The notes: generated by a model not told the origin, from the sequence alone. A DNA stretch of 64,000 bases from an uncultured Planctomycetaceae bacterium (GCA_963785305.1 CAWAUV010000008.1:192001-256000), one strand, 5' to 3'; positions 20,229 to 31,614 are shown, counted from the stretch's first letter. Numbers and translations: made by a program.

Positions 20229-22736
20229 ATGACACGATCGAATCACGCCCCGGGCGCTCCCGGCGCCACCCCGCATTGGGCCGGCGCCGCCAAGACCGGG
20301 GTCGGAACCGCGATTGGCGCCGATAGTTCCGTGTGGTTCACGCTCAGCCGCGGGATCGTTACCGAAGTCATGTATCCCTATGTCGATCATCCCTGTTCGC
20401 GCGGGATGGGTTTCATCGTCACGGATCGCCAAGAACTGTTTTCCGATGAGTTGCGCGACACGGAAAACACGGTCGAATACATTGCCGAAGGCGTGCCCGC
20501 TTTTCATCTGAAGAATCGATGCCGCCAGGGTCGCTACGAAATCGAAAAGACGGTTCTCGCCGACCCGCGCCGCTCGGCGCTCTTGCACGACACGCGATTT
20601 TCGCCGCTCCAGGGCGAGCTGGAGGATTATGCCCTGTTTTTGCTTCTATCGCCGCACATGGGCGACGAAGGCCGGCACAACCATGCCTGGCTTGGCGATT
20701 TCAAGGGCATCCCGATGCTCTTTGCCAAACGCGCCGATCAAACGCTCGCCGTGGCCACGACGTGTCCCTGGCTGAGGCGATCGGTCGGCTTCGTCGGCGC
20801 ATCCGACGGACGGCTCGATCTCGAGCAGCACAAGGTTTTGAAGTGGCAATACGATCGCGCCGACGATGGCAATGTGATGCTCGCCGCGGAAATCGATCTC
20901 GTGGCCACGGAGGGCCGCTTCGTGATCGCGCTTGGATTCGGCCGCGACGAGTTCGACGCCGGGCACCGTGCCCGCGCCACGCTGTTGCAAGGCTTCGAGA
21001 GCGCCCGAGACCACTATGTTGAAAATTGGCGGAAGTGGCATAAGACGCTCCGCCCGATCATCAGATCGCACTCGCATGCTCAAGACATGTGCCTGATAAG
21101 CGCGGTGGTGATGCGCACGCACGAATCGAAGGAATTTCCCGGCGGAATCATTGCCAGCTTGGCGGTGCCCTGGGGCGCGGCCCAAAGCGATCGCGCCGAG
21201 GGATATCACTTGGTCTGGCCGCGCAACATGATCCAAACCGTCGGCGGTCTGCTGGCGGTCAAAGGCCATGAAGACGCGCGGCGAGTCTTGTTCTACCTAC
21301 AAGTAACTCAAGAAGCCGATGGGCACTGGCCGCAGAATATGTTTCTCGATGGCCAGCCGAATTGGAACGGTGTGCAGCTCGATGAAACCGCGTTCGTGAT
21401 TCTGCTCGTCGATCTCGCGCTCCGTGAAGACGCGCTCGACGAAGAAGACGCGAATCGATTCTGGGACATGATCCGCCGGGCCGCGTCGTATCTTGTCATC
21501 CACGGCCCGGTCACGCCGCTCGACCGTTGGGAAGAACAATCGGGCTACTTCGCATCGACGATTCCGGTCGAGATCGCGGCGCTCCTGATCGCCTCGCAAA
21601 TGGCGGAAAAGCAAGGCGAAACCAAGATGGCCAAGTTTCTCCGCGAAACCGCCGACGCCTGGAACGCCGAAATCGAGAGGCTTCTCTATGTCACCGACAC
21701 GGAGCTCGCGCGCGAGGTGGGCGTCGAAGGTTACTATGTCCGATTCGCCGCCGCCGATCAGCGTCGTCACGACACGGCCGCCGCCGGCGAGGTCGATCTG
21801 GCCAATCATCCGCCGGGCGCGGGGCACATGGAGCTTCGGAACATCGTGAGCCCCGACGCGCTGGCGCTGGTGCGATTCGGTCTGCGCGCCGCGAACGATC
21901 CGCGGATCGAAAACACGGTGCGCGTGATCGATCACTTGCTGCGAGTCGAAACACCGCACGGCGTCGGCTGGCATCGCTATAGCAACGACGGCTATGGCGA
22001 ACACGCCGACGGAAGCCCCTATCGCAAGCATGGCATCGGCCGCGTTTGGCCGCTGCTCTCCGGCGAGCGAGGCCACTATGAGCTCGCCGCGGGGCGCCGC
22101 GATCTGGCCGAAAAAATGGTCGAATCGATGGAAGGCTTCGCCAACGAAAGCGGCTATATCTCGGAGCAAGTTTGGGATTCGCCCGACATTCCGGAGCACA
22201 ACCTCCACTTCGGCCGGCCCTCGGGTTCGGCGATGCCGCTCGTTTCGGCGCATGCGGAGTACGTCAAGCTTCGCCGCTCGCTTGAAGTGGGCAAGCTGTT
22301 CGATCTGCCGCCGCAAACCGAGGAGCGATATGTCAAGCAATGCAACGTGTGCCGCCGCGTGTATTGGCGATTCGAGCAACCGTGCATCGCGATCGAAGTC
22401 GGATCGACGCTCCGCTTGGAAGCTCGCGCGGCCGCCGAGATCGAGTGGAGCTTCGACAACTGGCGCACACTGAGCACGACGGCCACGGTCGACTCCCATT
22501 TTGGAATCCATTACGTCGACCTGCCCACCGAGTCACTTGCCGCGGGCGACGTGGCCCGATTCACCTTCCACTGGATCGAAGCCGATCACTGGGAAGGTCG
22601 CAACTTCGAAGTGTCGATCAAACCGGCCGCCGGTAAGCGCGAGAAGGCCGTTCGTGGCAAGCGGCTCTCGCAAGACGGCGCGCAAACCGGCAAATCAGGC
22701 GGCCAAAGGGCGAATCGCTCTCGCGCTCGGCATTAG
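20229..22736 (+). CDS. glucoamylase / glucan 1,4-alpha-glucosidase (GH15) with N-terminal glucodextranase-like domain
   Basis: VWFTLSRGIVTEVMYP, ASLAVPWG, YHLVWPR, QLDETAF, DRWEE, GRVWPLLSGERGHY, SEQVWD, GSAMPL. Confidence 0.9.
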   Translation: MTRSNHAPGAPGATPHWAGAAKTGVGTAIGADSSVWFTLSRGIVTEVMYPYVDHPCSRGMGFIVTDRQELFSDELRDTENTVEYIAEGVPAFHLKNRCRQGRYEIEKTVLADPRRSALLHDTRFSPLQGELEDYALFLLLSPHMGDEGRHNHAWLGDFKGIPMLFAKRADQTLAVATTCPWLRRSVGFVGASDGRLDLEQHKVLKWQYDRADDGNVMLAAEIDLVATEGRFVIALGFGRDEFDAGHRARATLLQGFESARDHYVENWRKWHKTLRPIIRSHSHAQDMCLISAVVMRTHESKEFPGGIIASLAVPWGAAQSDRAEGYHLVWPRNMIQTVGGLLAVKGHEDARRVLFYLQVTQEADGHWPQNMFLDGQPNWNGVQLDETAFVILLVDLALREDALDEEDANRFWDMIRRAASYLVIHGPVTPLDRWEEQSGYFASTIPVEIAALLIASQMAEKQGETKMAKFLRETADAWNAEIERLLYVTDTELAREVGVEGYYVRFAAADQRRHDTAAAGEVDLANHPPGAGHMELRNIVSPDALALVRFGLRAANDPRIENTVRVIDHLLRVETPHGVGWHRYSNDGYGEHADGSPYRKHGIGRVWPLLSGERGHYELAAGRRDLAEKMVESMEGFANESGYISEQVWDSPDIPEHNLHFGRPSGSAMPLVSAHAEYVKLRRSLEVGKLFDLPPQTEERYVKQCNVCRRVYWRFEQPCIAIEVGSTLRLEARAAAEIEWSFDNWRTLSTTATVDSHFGIHYVDLPTESLAAGDVARFTFHWIEADHWEGRNFEVSIKPAAGKREKAVRGKRLSQDGAQTGKSGGQRANRSRARH

Positions 22737-22831
22737 CGAGCGGATGAAAAATGACTTTCCACGAATCGCTCTTCCCTGGGAGAGGGTCGAGAGAGCGACA
22801 CCGCGAGTAGGCCGAAAATTCCTTCGCCACC

Positions 22832-24651
22832 TCAGTCCCACCACCAGTTGTCTTGCGGACGGCTGCCCGGGGCCGACGACGAGAGGTCGATTTTGAGTTT
22901 GCCTGTCGGGTCGGGCCGCGCGGCGTCGGGCTCGGCGGCCTTCCAGGGGTTGGCCGACACCCCGCCGCTCACGCCCGCGAGAATATGCTTGCCGTTGATC
23001 ACGCGGTGGTTGATCACCGATTCGACCATGCGCGGCGCCGGACCGAGCGGCGCGTGGTACTGGGCCGGATCGTTGAAACAGGTCATGTGCCAGTCGACTT
23101 GATCCGGCACATGGTTCGTCTTGATGATCGCCGTGGCGAGCGCCAGATCGAAAATATTTTGCAGCTCGGCGTACACCGGATACTTTTGGGCCAGGGCCTC
23201 GAAGTGGTCGGTGAAGCTTTGGGTAAAGGTTTGATTCAGTTCAGCGGCCCGGCCGGTATGCACCCGCTGTCCCGCGACCAGCTTCTCGTCTTCGCCCAGC
23301 ACTTGCACTCCCGAGCCGCGGATCTCGAAGGCTTGGTGATTGTCGCTCACTCGCACCGTATCGTAGTTCATGGTGAACCACCAGCGGAGCACTCCCAGGG
23401 GCGGCGGCGCTTGGCCAGCGGGCACATGCACCGAATTCAGATAGCTGATCACGCCCGGCGTGCCCGGCTCGAGGCCCATGCCGATGAGCTTCATGTGGTA
23501 GTCGGCCTCGACGAGCGTTTGTCCGGTGCGTGTCCGCGGGTCGACGCCATCGACATCGATTCGCTGCTTGCCCAAGTGATTGCGAACTTGTTTGAGCCAC
23601 GCTTCTCGCCGGGCCGCGCCCGCCGCGAGCGGCTTCTTGGCCGACGCTTCGAGGAAGACTTGGGTCGCTTTGAGGTTTTCATCGAGCGGAGTAATCGAGC
23701 AGCCAAACACGGCGCCCGGCTTGTCCATCAGGCAGCGGAGCACCACCACCAGATCGTCGAGCCGCACCACCGGCCGGCCCGAGCCCTGGGCCACCACGCG
23801 ATTCTCATCGCCCACGCCGCCAATGATCGGCTGGTCCGGCCAGCACCACATCGCCCGATTCGGGATACACGAGCACATATTTAATTCGCTCGAGCCCGGC
23901 CATAAATTGCATTTCCTCGGAAGGTCGGCGGCCTTCGGCGGCGAGCAGTTGCACCGCGCGCTCGAGCCGGGTGAGTGAAATCTTGCGCAGATTCGAGACC
24001 CGATGCGCGTTTTGATTGCCGTCGGCATGTTTGGCGGCGCGGCGCACCAGCTCCAGGTCATCTTCTTGCGTGGCGGGCGCCGCGGTGGCTTCGGCTCGCT
24101 TAAGCGCACCTTCGGAATCGACAAACACGCCGGTGCGAAATTCGGCCACGGAGCCCGGTCCACCGACTTCGTCCCAACTCGTGGGCGCGATCGTGCTTGT
24201 CACAAGATCGATCAGCGATTTGAAGTCGGCCATTTGATTTCCACCGCGAGCGCCGGTGAATGGCTTGATCTCCTGGAGCGCTTTGTTGCGGGCGAGGTCG
24301 CCGCGCATGGCGCCGATGGTCGAGATCGCCTGGCTGCCGGCGCCGATCTTGGCTTGTTGATCGGCGATGCGCCAGCCACGCGTCGCGCTTCCCCGGCTCA
24401 AGCTGCTGGGCCATGCGCACGGCGGGAGCAAACTCCCCCGAGTCGATCGCGGCTTGAATCGCCGCCAGACCGCCGGACTCGGCGTTCTTTTCGGTGGGCT
24501 CGGCGGCTTGCGATTGGAATGTGAACGGCCCTTGGCCGACGCCGCAGCAGGCCACCGCGGCGAGCACGATCGCCCAAGCTCCGCGCGAGCGTCCGAAGCC
24601 GCGAGTCCGAGCCCGACCAGCCTTAACCCAAGGTTTGCATTTCGTGGTCAT
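22832..24651 (-). CDS. DUF1598-like planctomycete secreted protein; frameshifted
   Basis: ORF pieces with ADFKSLIDLVTSTIAPTSWDEVGGPG, LRKISLTRLE, GDVVLAGPA, FGCSITP, LVEADYHMKLIGMG, RWWF, YAELQNIFD and terminal NWWWD. Confidence 0.72.
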
Positions 24652-25021
24652 AGCCGCCTCTCCCTCTGTTCGCATTTCGAAGCGTTCCGGAATCTTTTTT
24701 AGGGCCTATCCGCCGCATGGCGCCGCCTATCGACCAGCTTCGTTCGTCGCCGGCGGCATGTCAAGAAAATTGCCAGTTCCGGGCGAAAGACCGGAAAAAG
24801 CTCGGCCCGGAACGCCGGAATAATCGGCCCTGCCCAAGAGTTTTCAGCAAACCGGCGGTCGCGGCAGCAGAGCGGCGGCCCCTCGTGGCGACGTTTTTTT
24901 GCGGGGACCGAAGCGTTGTGGTAGGCTGCCGAAATTCCGCGCCAAGACCCAGGGGATCTGCGAGACGATGTTCGGCGCAGAAACTTTTTCCTTCGGCCAC
25001 GGGAGTCCTCGGGGCGTGAAA

Positions 25022-25525
25022 ATGCAGAACGGTTGCTTCGTGCTTTTCATCAGCGTGTTCTACGCCGTCGGCTTTGGTCTCCTGGGCTGCGGCCTTTGGA
25101 ACGTCATGCGCTCCAGCCAAGCGGGGGCTTGGCCGACGGTCCCCGGCAAGACCACTCACTTGGCGATCGACGAACACCCGGGTAGCGAGGGAGGCACAAG
25201 CTACGAGGTGAAGGTCAAATACACGTACACCGTGGGTGGCGTGGCTTATGAGGGCTCGCGTCTCGCGTTTGGCTACGGAGGCAGCAGCGGGCGGGACGCG
25301 CATGAACGGATCTACCAAAAGCTCCAGGCGGCCAAGACGGTGGCCGTGCATTATGATCCGTCGGAGCCGTCGGTATCGTGCCTTTCCCATGGGGTGCATC
25401 GGTCGATTCAGATCATGCTGGCGTTCGCGTGTACTTGGCTGCTATTCGTGATCGGGTTCACCGTGCTGTTTTGGTTGTTTTCGCTGAGCGACACCGTGCT
25501 GCTCGATAACTTGTCGGTTCAGTGA
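25022..25525 (+). CDS. DUF3592-family membrane protein
   Basis: TM helix, WPTVPGK...Y-V-Y-YTVGG--Y-G...V-VHYDPSEP, C-terminal TM helix. Confidence 0.75.
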   Translation: MQNGCFVLFISVFYAVGFGLLGCGLWNVMRSSQAGAWPTVPGKTTHLAIDEHPGSEGGTSYEVKVKYTYTVGGVAYEGSRLAFGYGGSSGRDAHERIYQKLQAAKTVAVHYDPSEPSVSCLSHGVHRSIQIMLAFACTWLLFVIGFTVLFWLFSLSDTVLLDNLSVQ

Positions 25526-25583
25526 GCCAAAAACGGGTCCAGTTCCGAGCCACGGCAAGGATGGCGGCAGTGGGAGAAAACCC

Positions 25584-25632
25584 GCAAGCTTGAAGCGCGA
25601 GCGAAAGAATGGCTTCGTTGGCGCTTCAGGCT
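25584..25632. repeat. REP-like inverted pair (family A)
   Basis: CAAGCTTGAAGCGCGAGCGAA...TTCGTTGGCGCTTCAGGCTT between convergent genes. Confidence 0.55.
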
Positions 25633-25706
25633 TTTGTCGGGATTTTGACGCGGCCTCGGGTTCGTGTTCCGTTCGCGGCTCGCGGCGGCGAATATCGGTT
25701 TGCCCG

Positions 25707-27509
25707 TCAGCCGGGAGAAGCCTCGCCCGCGGGGGGCGGCGATTCGCGGGAAGCGCCCGCAATCACTTGCTCGCACGTTTTTACAAGCTGGTCCAAGCGA
25801 AATGGCTTGTACAACACCGCGTAGCTCGGCAGCCCCGCTTGCCGGGCTTTCACGATCGAATGGCCGGGGTCGTAGCCGAAGCCGGTCATCAGCACCAATG
25901 GCGGATTCGTCATGATCGCTTGCAGCTTGACGAGCAAATCGTAACCGCTCAAGTCAGGTAGGCGAATGTCGGCGATCACCACATCGTAGTTGCCTTCGAG
26001 CGCCATGTTGCGCACCATGAACACCGCTTCGCCGCCATCGTGGGCCGTTTCCACGACGCAGCCATAGCGTTCGAGCAGGTTGTGCGCAGCGCTGCGCACG
26101 CTATCGTCGGCGTCGACCACGAGAATCCTTCGGCCGCAGAGCAGCGAGCGCTCGGTCTCGGCGGGTTGGTTGCTCGGCACGGCTTGCACCGGCGTCATTT
26201 GCTGGCCCACGCGCTGGATCAAATGCTTGATATCTCGCGCGTTGCGAAGAATGTTTTGCAGTCGCTCGACCACGCCGGGCTCATGGCCGATATAGCGCTC
26301 CATGATATTCACGGCTTCGTTCAAAATCGCGTCGACCGGCAGCGCGACCGCGCTATGGATCGCCTCGACGCTTTCGGCCGCGGTCGAGGCTTTTTCGGCC
26401 ACGAGCAATTCGAGCGTGTTGAGGGCCACGGCCACGTCGCGCGTGAAGATCTCCAGAAACTGCGAATCGCTTTCCGTGAACGCCCGCGGCTCGGGGCTCT
26501 CGACATTGAAGGTGCCGATCACCTGGTCGTGCAGCACCAGCGGCACGGTGAGCGAGCTCTTGGCGCCCTTGCAGCCTTCGAGAAACAAGGGGTCGGCCGT
26601 CGTGTCCTCGCAGAGATAGGTTTGACCCGTGGCGGCCACGAACCCGGTGACGCCGTTGTTTTGGGTTTGCGCATACAGCGCCCGGTCGGCCGCCTCGGGC
26701 AAGAGCCCCATCGAAAGCAGCGGCGCGAGCCGGCCGGTCTTTTGGTCGAGCAAGCGAATCTCGACCACGTTGAAATTCAATAGGTCCTTGGTGAACTGCA
26801 AGATGTTCGATTTGAGCAGATTGATGCGATCTTCGACCGACATGCCCGAGAGCACATCGGGAGTAAGGTCGGCGAGCTCGATTCCGGCCTGATGGATGGC
26901 GGCCATCTTCTGCTGCTGGAGCATTTCCGAGGTCACGTCGCGCACCGTGACGATTAAATGCGTCGCGGCGTCTTGCGGCTCGACGACCGGGGCGGCATGG
27001 ACTTTGAAATAGCGATTGTCGCCGGAGCGCAAGGTCGAGCCGCTTGGGCGCCCCGTGGCTAGGGCGGTGTGAAACGGACAGAAATCAGGACCCAGAATCT
27101 CGGGCGAGCCCAGCACCGCGTAAAAGTTTCCGCCCAAGATCTGCTCGCGGCCGGTCCATTCGCGCAGCCGGCCGTTGCCCCAGAGAATGGTGTTGTCCGA
27201 ATCGAGCAGCACTACCGCGTCGGGCATGCCTTCGAGGATGCGGTCGTTTTGCAACAATTGGCCGAGCTGCTCGGCGTCGCCCAGCGCGTCGCTGGCGATA
27301 AACACACCGGCGTAGGCGTCGCGAGCCAGCGCGCTCAATAGGCGAACCGGATTAGGGGCCTCGATCACATGGCATTGCTCGCGCAGCGCCGCCAGCAGCG
27401 ATTCGTCGGCGGAACGAACATCGCCCACGGATAGAATCTTCGGCTTATCCGAAAACTCCGCGTCGTCGCGCATAATCGTCGCGTTGGTCGTATTGGATTC
27501 GTCAGACAT
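25707..27509 (-). CDS. PAS-GAF-(HisKA-like)-receiver signalling protein
   Basis: PAS (ILEGMPDAVVLLD...VTVRDVT), GAF (NGVTGFVAATG, SSLTVPLVLHDQVIGTFNVES), REC (ILVVDAD, VVIADIRLPD, MTGFGYD, LYKPF). Confidence 0.85.
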   Translation of the reverse strand: MSDESNTTNATIMRDDAEFSDKPKILSVGDVRSADESLLAALREQCHVIEAPNPVRLLSALARDAYAGVFIASDALGDAEQLGQLLQNDRILEGMPDAVVLLDSDNTILWGNGRLREWTGREQILGGNFYAVLGSPEILGPDFCPFHTALATGRPSGSTLRSGDNRYFKVHAAPVVEPQDAATHLIVTVRDVTSEMLQQQKMAAIHQAGIELADLTPDVLSGMSVEDRINLLKSNILQFTKDLLNFNVVEIRLLDQKTGRLAPLLSMGLLPEAADRALYAQTQNNGVTGFVAATGQTYLCEDTTADPLFLEGCKGAKSSLTVPLVLHDQVIGTFNVESPEPRAFTESDSQFLEIFTRDVAVALNTLELLVAEKASTAAESVEAIHSAVALPVDAILNEAVNIMERYIGHEPGVVERLQNILRNARDIKHLIQRVGQQMTPVQAVPSNQPAETERSLLCGRRILVVDADDSVRSAAHNLLERYGCVVETAHDGGEAVFMVRNMALEGNYDVVIADIRLPDLSGYDLLVKLQAIMTNPPLVLMTGFGYDPGHSIVKARQAGLPSYAVLYKPFRLDQLVKTCEQVIAGASRESPPPAGEASPG

Positions 27510-28095
27510 TCCCGGGCAGCCTCCTCGGGGAGCGGGTCCCCCCTGACCGTTGCTGGCATTACTATTGTAGGTCTTGTGCCAACAGGGAACAACCTCGTCC
27601 GTCGCGTGACCGCGTAAAACAGCAGTTGGGCTGAGTCGACAATCGAGGATTCGACGCGAGCCAGGCCCCTCTCTTGGCAGGGAAGAACGAGGCGTCGTCG
27701 GATCGCCCGTAAAAAACATCGGTTCTTGCTTGGCGACAACTTCGCCGCAAGCCGGGGCCGACAACCTATGCCGATTCTTCGTCGCGATCCGCATGCTCCC
27801 GGCAGCCCGAAGAGTCTGAATACCGCGGCGGCAGCGCGTTCATGGGCGATCGGCGGCTGGAGGCGCGGCCAAGCGGGACCGCGGTTGATGTCCCACGGAT
27901 GCCAGCGGGAAGTCAAGCAGGCCAACGTGCGACCTCGATGGCCCACGCGCCCCGGGCCCTCATGTCGCGTGCGAGCCACACAAGCGTCGCGAGCGCCACG
28001 ACCGTTCGCCCGACGAGAAAATTCATTGCTGTTGCCCGACACGCCGATTCTTTTAGGGGCGGGCCGCGGCTCGCGCACGAATCTTTGAGCAAAGG

Positions 28096-28347
28096 ATGGC
28101 TGCGATGTGGAGGGCCTTTTTTCTTTCCGTGGGCATCTGTGCCGTGCTGCTGGGACTCGAGAGCCTGGTGGTCGAAAGAATCGTGTTGGCCGCGGGCAGC
28201 GAACACAACGCCAGCGGAATCGCCGAACGCGTGGCGCCGGGACTGCGAGAAGTCGAACCGCCGGAATGGGCGCCCTGGAGCTTGCTGTCGGGCGGCGCGG
28301 TCGTGATTCTCTATACGTTCACGCTGCCGCAAAAGATCAAGGCTTGA
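28096..28347 (+). CDS. small hypothetical membrane protein (2 TM)
   Basis: 83 aa; MWRAFFLSVGI...PPEWAPWSLLSGGAVVILYTFTLP; AAGG RBS upstream. Confidence 0.65.
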   Translation: MAAMWRAFFLSVGICAVLLGLESLVVERIVLAAGSEHNASGIAERVAPGLREVEPPEWAPWSLLSGGAVVILYTFTLPQKIKA

Positions 28348-28476
28348 TCGCGCTCGTCAACCTCGCCAAGCGCGGAGCAAAGCTCGTCGCGGTTCATCCT
28401 GTTGAGTATTTCAACAGGCTGTCAATCCATCGCTTGGCCCAGCCGGAGTGGCTACCGAGCGCGGGGTCGCGGAGGA

Positions 28477-29829
28477 TTATTCTTCTTGCAGCATGCCGTG
28501 GTCGTAGAATTGCTTGCGAGTGATCTCGCCTTTCGGATTCCACTCGATCGACCAGCCATTCTTCACGCCGTGGTCGTAGCCGCGACTCGACCACTTGCTG
28601 CCATCCGGTCGCCAGAACGAAGTCTTGCCCTGGCGCCGATTGTCTTGATAAGAGCCGGCGGCGCGGGCGTTGCCGTTTTCGTGCCACTCGGCCCAGGGAC
28701 CCTCTTTGCGGCCCTTTACATACCGAACTTGCATGCGAACCTTGCCGTTCTTATGCCAGAAGGTTTGCAGCCCGTCGGGCTCGCCCTCGACATAGTGAAC
28801 CTCGGAAGCCTTGAGATGCTCGGGCGTGTCGTGCCATTGGATCCAAAGGCCCTCGGGCTTGCCGTTTACATAACCGCCCTCGACCCGCTTTAAGCCGCTG
28901 ACGAAATAATAAACGAAGTCGCCGATCGGCTCATCGAGATGATATTGGCCCACGAGCTTGGGGTCGCCGTGCGGATGCCACTCGCGGCTGGGACCCTCGC
29001 GGAGATCATCGACATAGGCGACGTCGGAGAATTTCTGGCCGTTTTGATAGTACCGCAGGGCGTGGCCTTGTTTCTTGCCTTGCTTGTACACGACCTCGGT
29101 TTGCGGCTTGCCGTCGGGGAACCACTGGCGGGCGGGCCCATCAAGGAGTCCGTGGTCGAAGCGCCGCTCGACGACCAATGTGCCGTGGTTGGTCCATTCC
29201 CGATGTTCGCCATGATGGGCGCCATCGAGCCAATGGGTGTCGAGGTAGACGCTGCCATCGGGAAAGAAGTGGCGCTCTTGGCCGGTTTTGACGTCGGCGT
29301 GGTACGTGCCCATCTCTTTCAGTTCGCCGCCGGGATACCACTCGCGATAGGGACCTTCCTTGCGGCCATCGAGATAATGATATTCGGTCGCCGGTTTGCC
29401 ATTGCGGTGGAATTCGATTTTTTCGCCGTGGTCGATATAAGCGTCGTTTTCGATGCGAATATCGCGGCGGGCTTTGAGCGCACCGTCCCGGAAGTGTTCT
29501 TCGATGGTTTTGGTGGCCCCGGGAATGAGGACATGCTTGGCGGCGCTAGGGGACTTCGCCCCGGCAGGCGGCTCGATCCTTGGGGCCGACGCATCGTTCG
29601 CGGCAGGCTGCTCCGGCGACCCAGGCGCGATTGGGGCGGCTTCGGCCGCGGGCCCCCCCGGCGCTTCGCCGGCAGGTTTTTTCGCCGGCGCTTCGCCGGC
29701 AGGGCTTGCAGCAGGCGCTTCGCCCGCTGGGGTTGCAGCAGGCGCCGCGGTCGCTTCCGCGGCGGGGCTGGCGGCAAGCGCCGCGACGAGAGCGATGATT
29801 ATTGCGCTCATGGGCAGGTCATGTTCCAA
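28477..29829 (-). CDS. secreted MORN-variant repeat protein (YwqK-like)
   Basis: Signal peptide, Ala/Pro-rich linker, about 13 repeats of the type G-x3-W/Y-x2-G-x6-Y-x2-G. Confidence 0.8.
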   Translation of the reverse strand: MEHDLPMSAIIIALVAALAASPAAEATAAPAATPAGEAPAASPAGEAPAKKPAGEAPGGPAAEAAPIAPGSPEQPAANDASAPRIEPPAGAKSPSAAKHVLIPGATKTIEEHFRDGALKARRDIRIENDAYIDHGEKIEFHRNGKPATEYHYLDGRKEGPYREWYPGGELKEMGTYHADVKTGQERHFFPDGSVYLDTHWLDGAHHGEHREWTNHGTLVVERRFDHGLLDGPARQWFPDGKPQTEVVYKQGKKQGHALRYYQNGQKFSDVAYVDDLREGPSREWHPHGDPKLVGQYHLDEPIGDFVYYFVSGLKRVEGGYVNGKPEGLWIQWHDTPEHLKASEVHYVEGEPDGLQTFWHKNGKVRMQVRYVKGRKEGPWAEWHENGNARAAGSYQDNRRQGKTSFWRPDGSKWSSRGYDHGVKNGWSIEWNPKGEITRKQFYDHGMLQEE

Positions 29830-29942
29830 TCACCATCGACGATTAAAATCACGATCACCGAGGAACGTTGCCAAGTACGGCAAATACCGGCGGGCTACTC
29901 GGAATTCGTACAATATGGCCGTGGGGGCCAATGTCGCGAGCG

Positions 29943-31614
29943 TCAATCCTCGGCGCCGCGAAGCGATTCGAAATAACGCTTTGCCTGCTCGCGATACTCG
30001 CGAGGCAATTGCTGATTTGTCAGCGGGTCGGCGGCCTCGTGGTCAGCGGCGGCGAATCGCTCCTTGATTTCCTCGAGCGTTGCGCCCTTACGGTTCGGCC
30101 CGCGGGCATGGCCCTCGACCGTGCCCGCGCCGGCGCCCACGTTTTGCGAGACACGCGAGTCGAAGAAGCCGGTTTTGGCGGATAGTTCGGGCCCCTGATG
30201 TTGCGCGACACCGACGCCGGCGCCTCGACCGCCAACGCCATTTTTCGCAATGCCTTTTTTGGAGCCGCCTTTGCCGCCGTTCTTCGCGGCGTCGCCCTCT
30301 TGGCAGGCGTCGCAACTGGCGCCGTCTCGCTGTTTGCCTGCCACGCCGGCTTTCGCTTCGCGAATTTGTTCCATGGCGTCGTCGAGCATGGCCAGTTCGG
30401 CGTCGGCCTTTTGCATGCCGGCAAGGTCCTTGCGAAGCTGGGCGAGCGCCTGTTTGGCCTCGGCGCATTGGCCTTGCTTGGCGCAGTCGCCCGCGCGGCC
30501 CAGTTGGCGGCTCATTTGCTTGAGTTGTTTCATGGCGGCGTCTTGTTGACCTAGTTCGTCGCGGCGGGCCTCGAGCGCCTGCTTGGCCGCGGCGTCGCCT
30601 GCGGCTTGGGCGGCGGCGATTTGCCGCTCGACATCGCGAACAGCTTGTTCATGGGCGGCGGCGGCCCGATCAAGTTGCTTTTGCATGGCGGCGAGTTGTT
30701 CGCCCAGGGCCCGACGTTCCTCGGGTTTGAGCTGATCGGCCGCGAGTTTGTGCTCTAGCTTTTCGAGTTCTTTTTGAGCTTTTGCGAGGTCGCCCTGTTT
30801 GAGCGCATCGGCCATTTTTTCACCGGGGCCACGTTCCATCGCCCCCAGTTCGCCGAACCGCTGCCTAACGGTCTTTTCGTTCATGAGCGATTCGCGGCGG
30901 GCGTTCAGTTCCTTGGTCAGATCGTTGAGTTGGGTCAGCGCACGTTTTTCACCCGTGTGTTCGGTGGTCAGTTCACGCGTTCCCTCTTCGAGCTTCTTGA
31001 GCAATTGATCCGCGTCGGCCAGGCCTTGCTCGTGGGCTTCGGCTCGCTTCTTGGCCAGTTTTTCGCCAGAGTCTTCGTGGCCGCGGTCACTTGGCCCGCT
31101 TCAGCCGCCGCGATATCGGGAGCACGCTCCCGCGGCGGCGCTCGCCAGCCGATGCCGATCGCGAGCGCCAAGGCGGCGAGCGGGGCCCAAGCCGAGCGGT
31201 CGAGCCGCGTGGGAAAGAACTCGGAGATCGAAGGCGCTCGAGCCGCTGCTCGGCGTCGCGCACCAAGGCTTGGCCCATCGGCGCGGTCACCTCGTGGGGC
31301 CCCAGGCCCAGGGCCGTGGCCACGCGAGCCTCGAGACCCAGGCGGCGATCGATCTCGATAGCCGTCCGCAACCGGTCGCCTCGAGTTCGCCACGCGACGA
31401 ACGCCGCCGCGACCGGTCCCAAGATGGCCGCCACGATCAGCCAACCGACAATCCAGGCGCCTTGCGGCATGGCCGGCGGCCAAAACTTTCCCACGGCGAT
31501 CGCGAGCGACGCCGACACAAATGCGGCTGATGCCGTCCAGGCGAGCGCTCGGAGAAACCGAGCGACGAATAGCCGCCGACCGGCAGACGCTACGTGTTTC
31601 GCGATCGTTTCCAT
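29943..31614 (-). CDS. hypothetical membrane-anchored coiled-coil protein; frameshifted
   Basis: N-terminal TM segments and AIEIDRRLGLEARVATAL; long Q/K/E/A coiled coil; C-terminal Q-LPREYREQAKRYFESL. Confidence 0.65.

Noticed and set aside
27570..27584. Sigma54 promoter (minus strand TGGCACAAGACCTAC) upstream of the PAS-GAF-REC gene
   Set aside because: The -24 element matches but the -12 GC is absent; too weak to call
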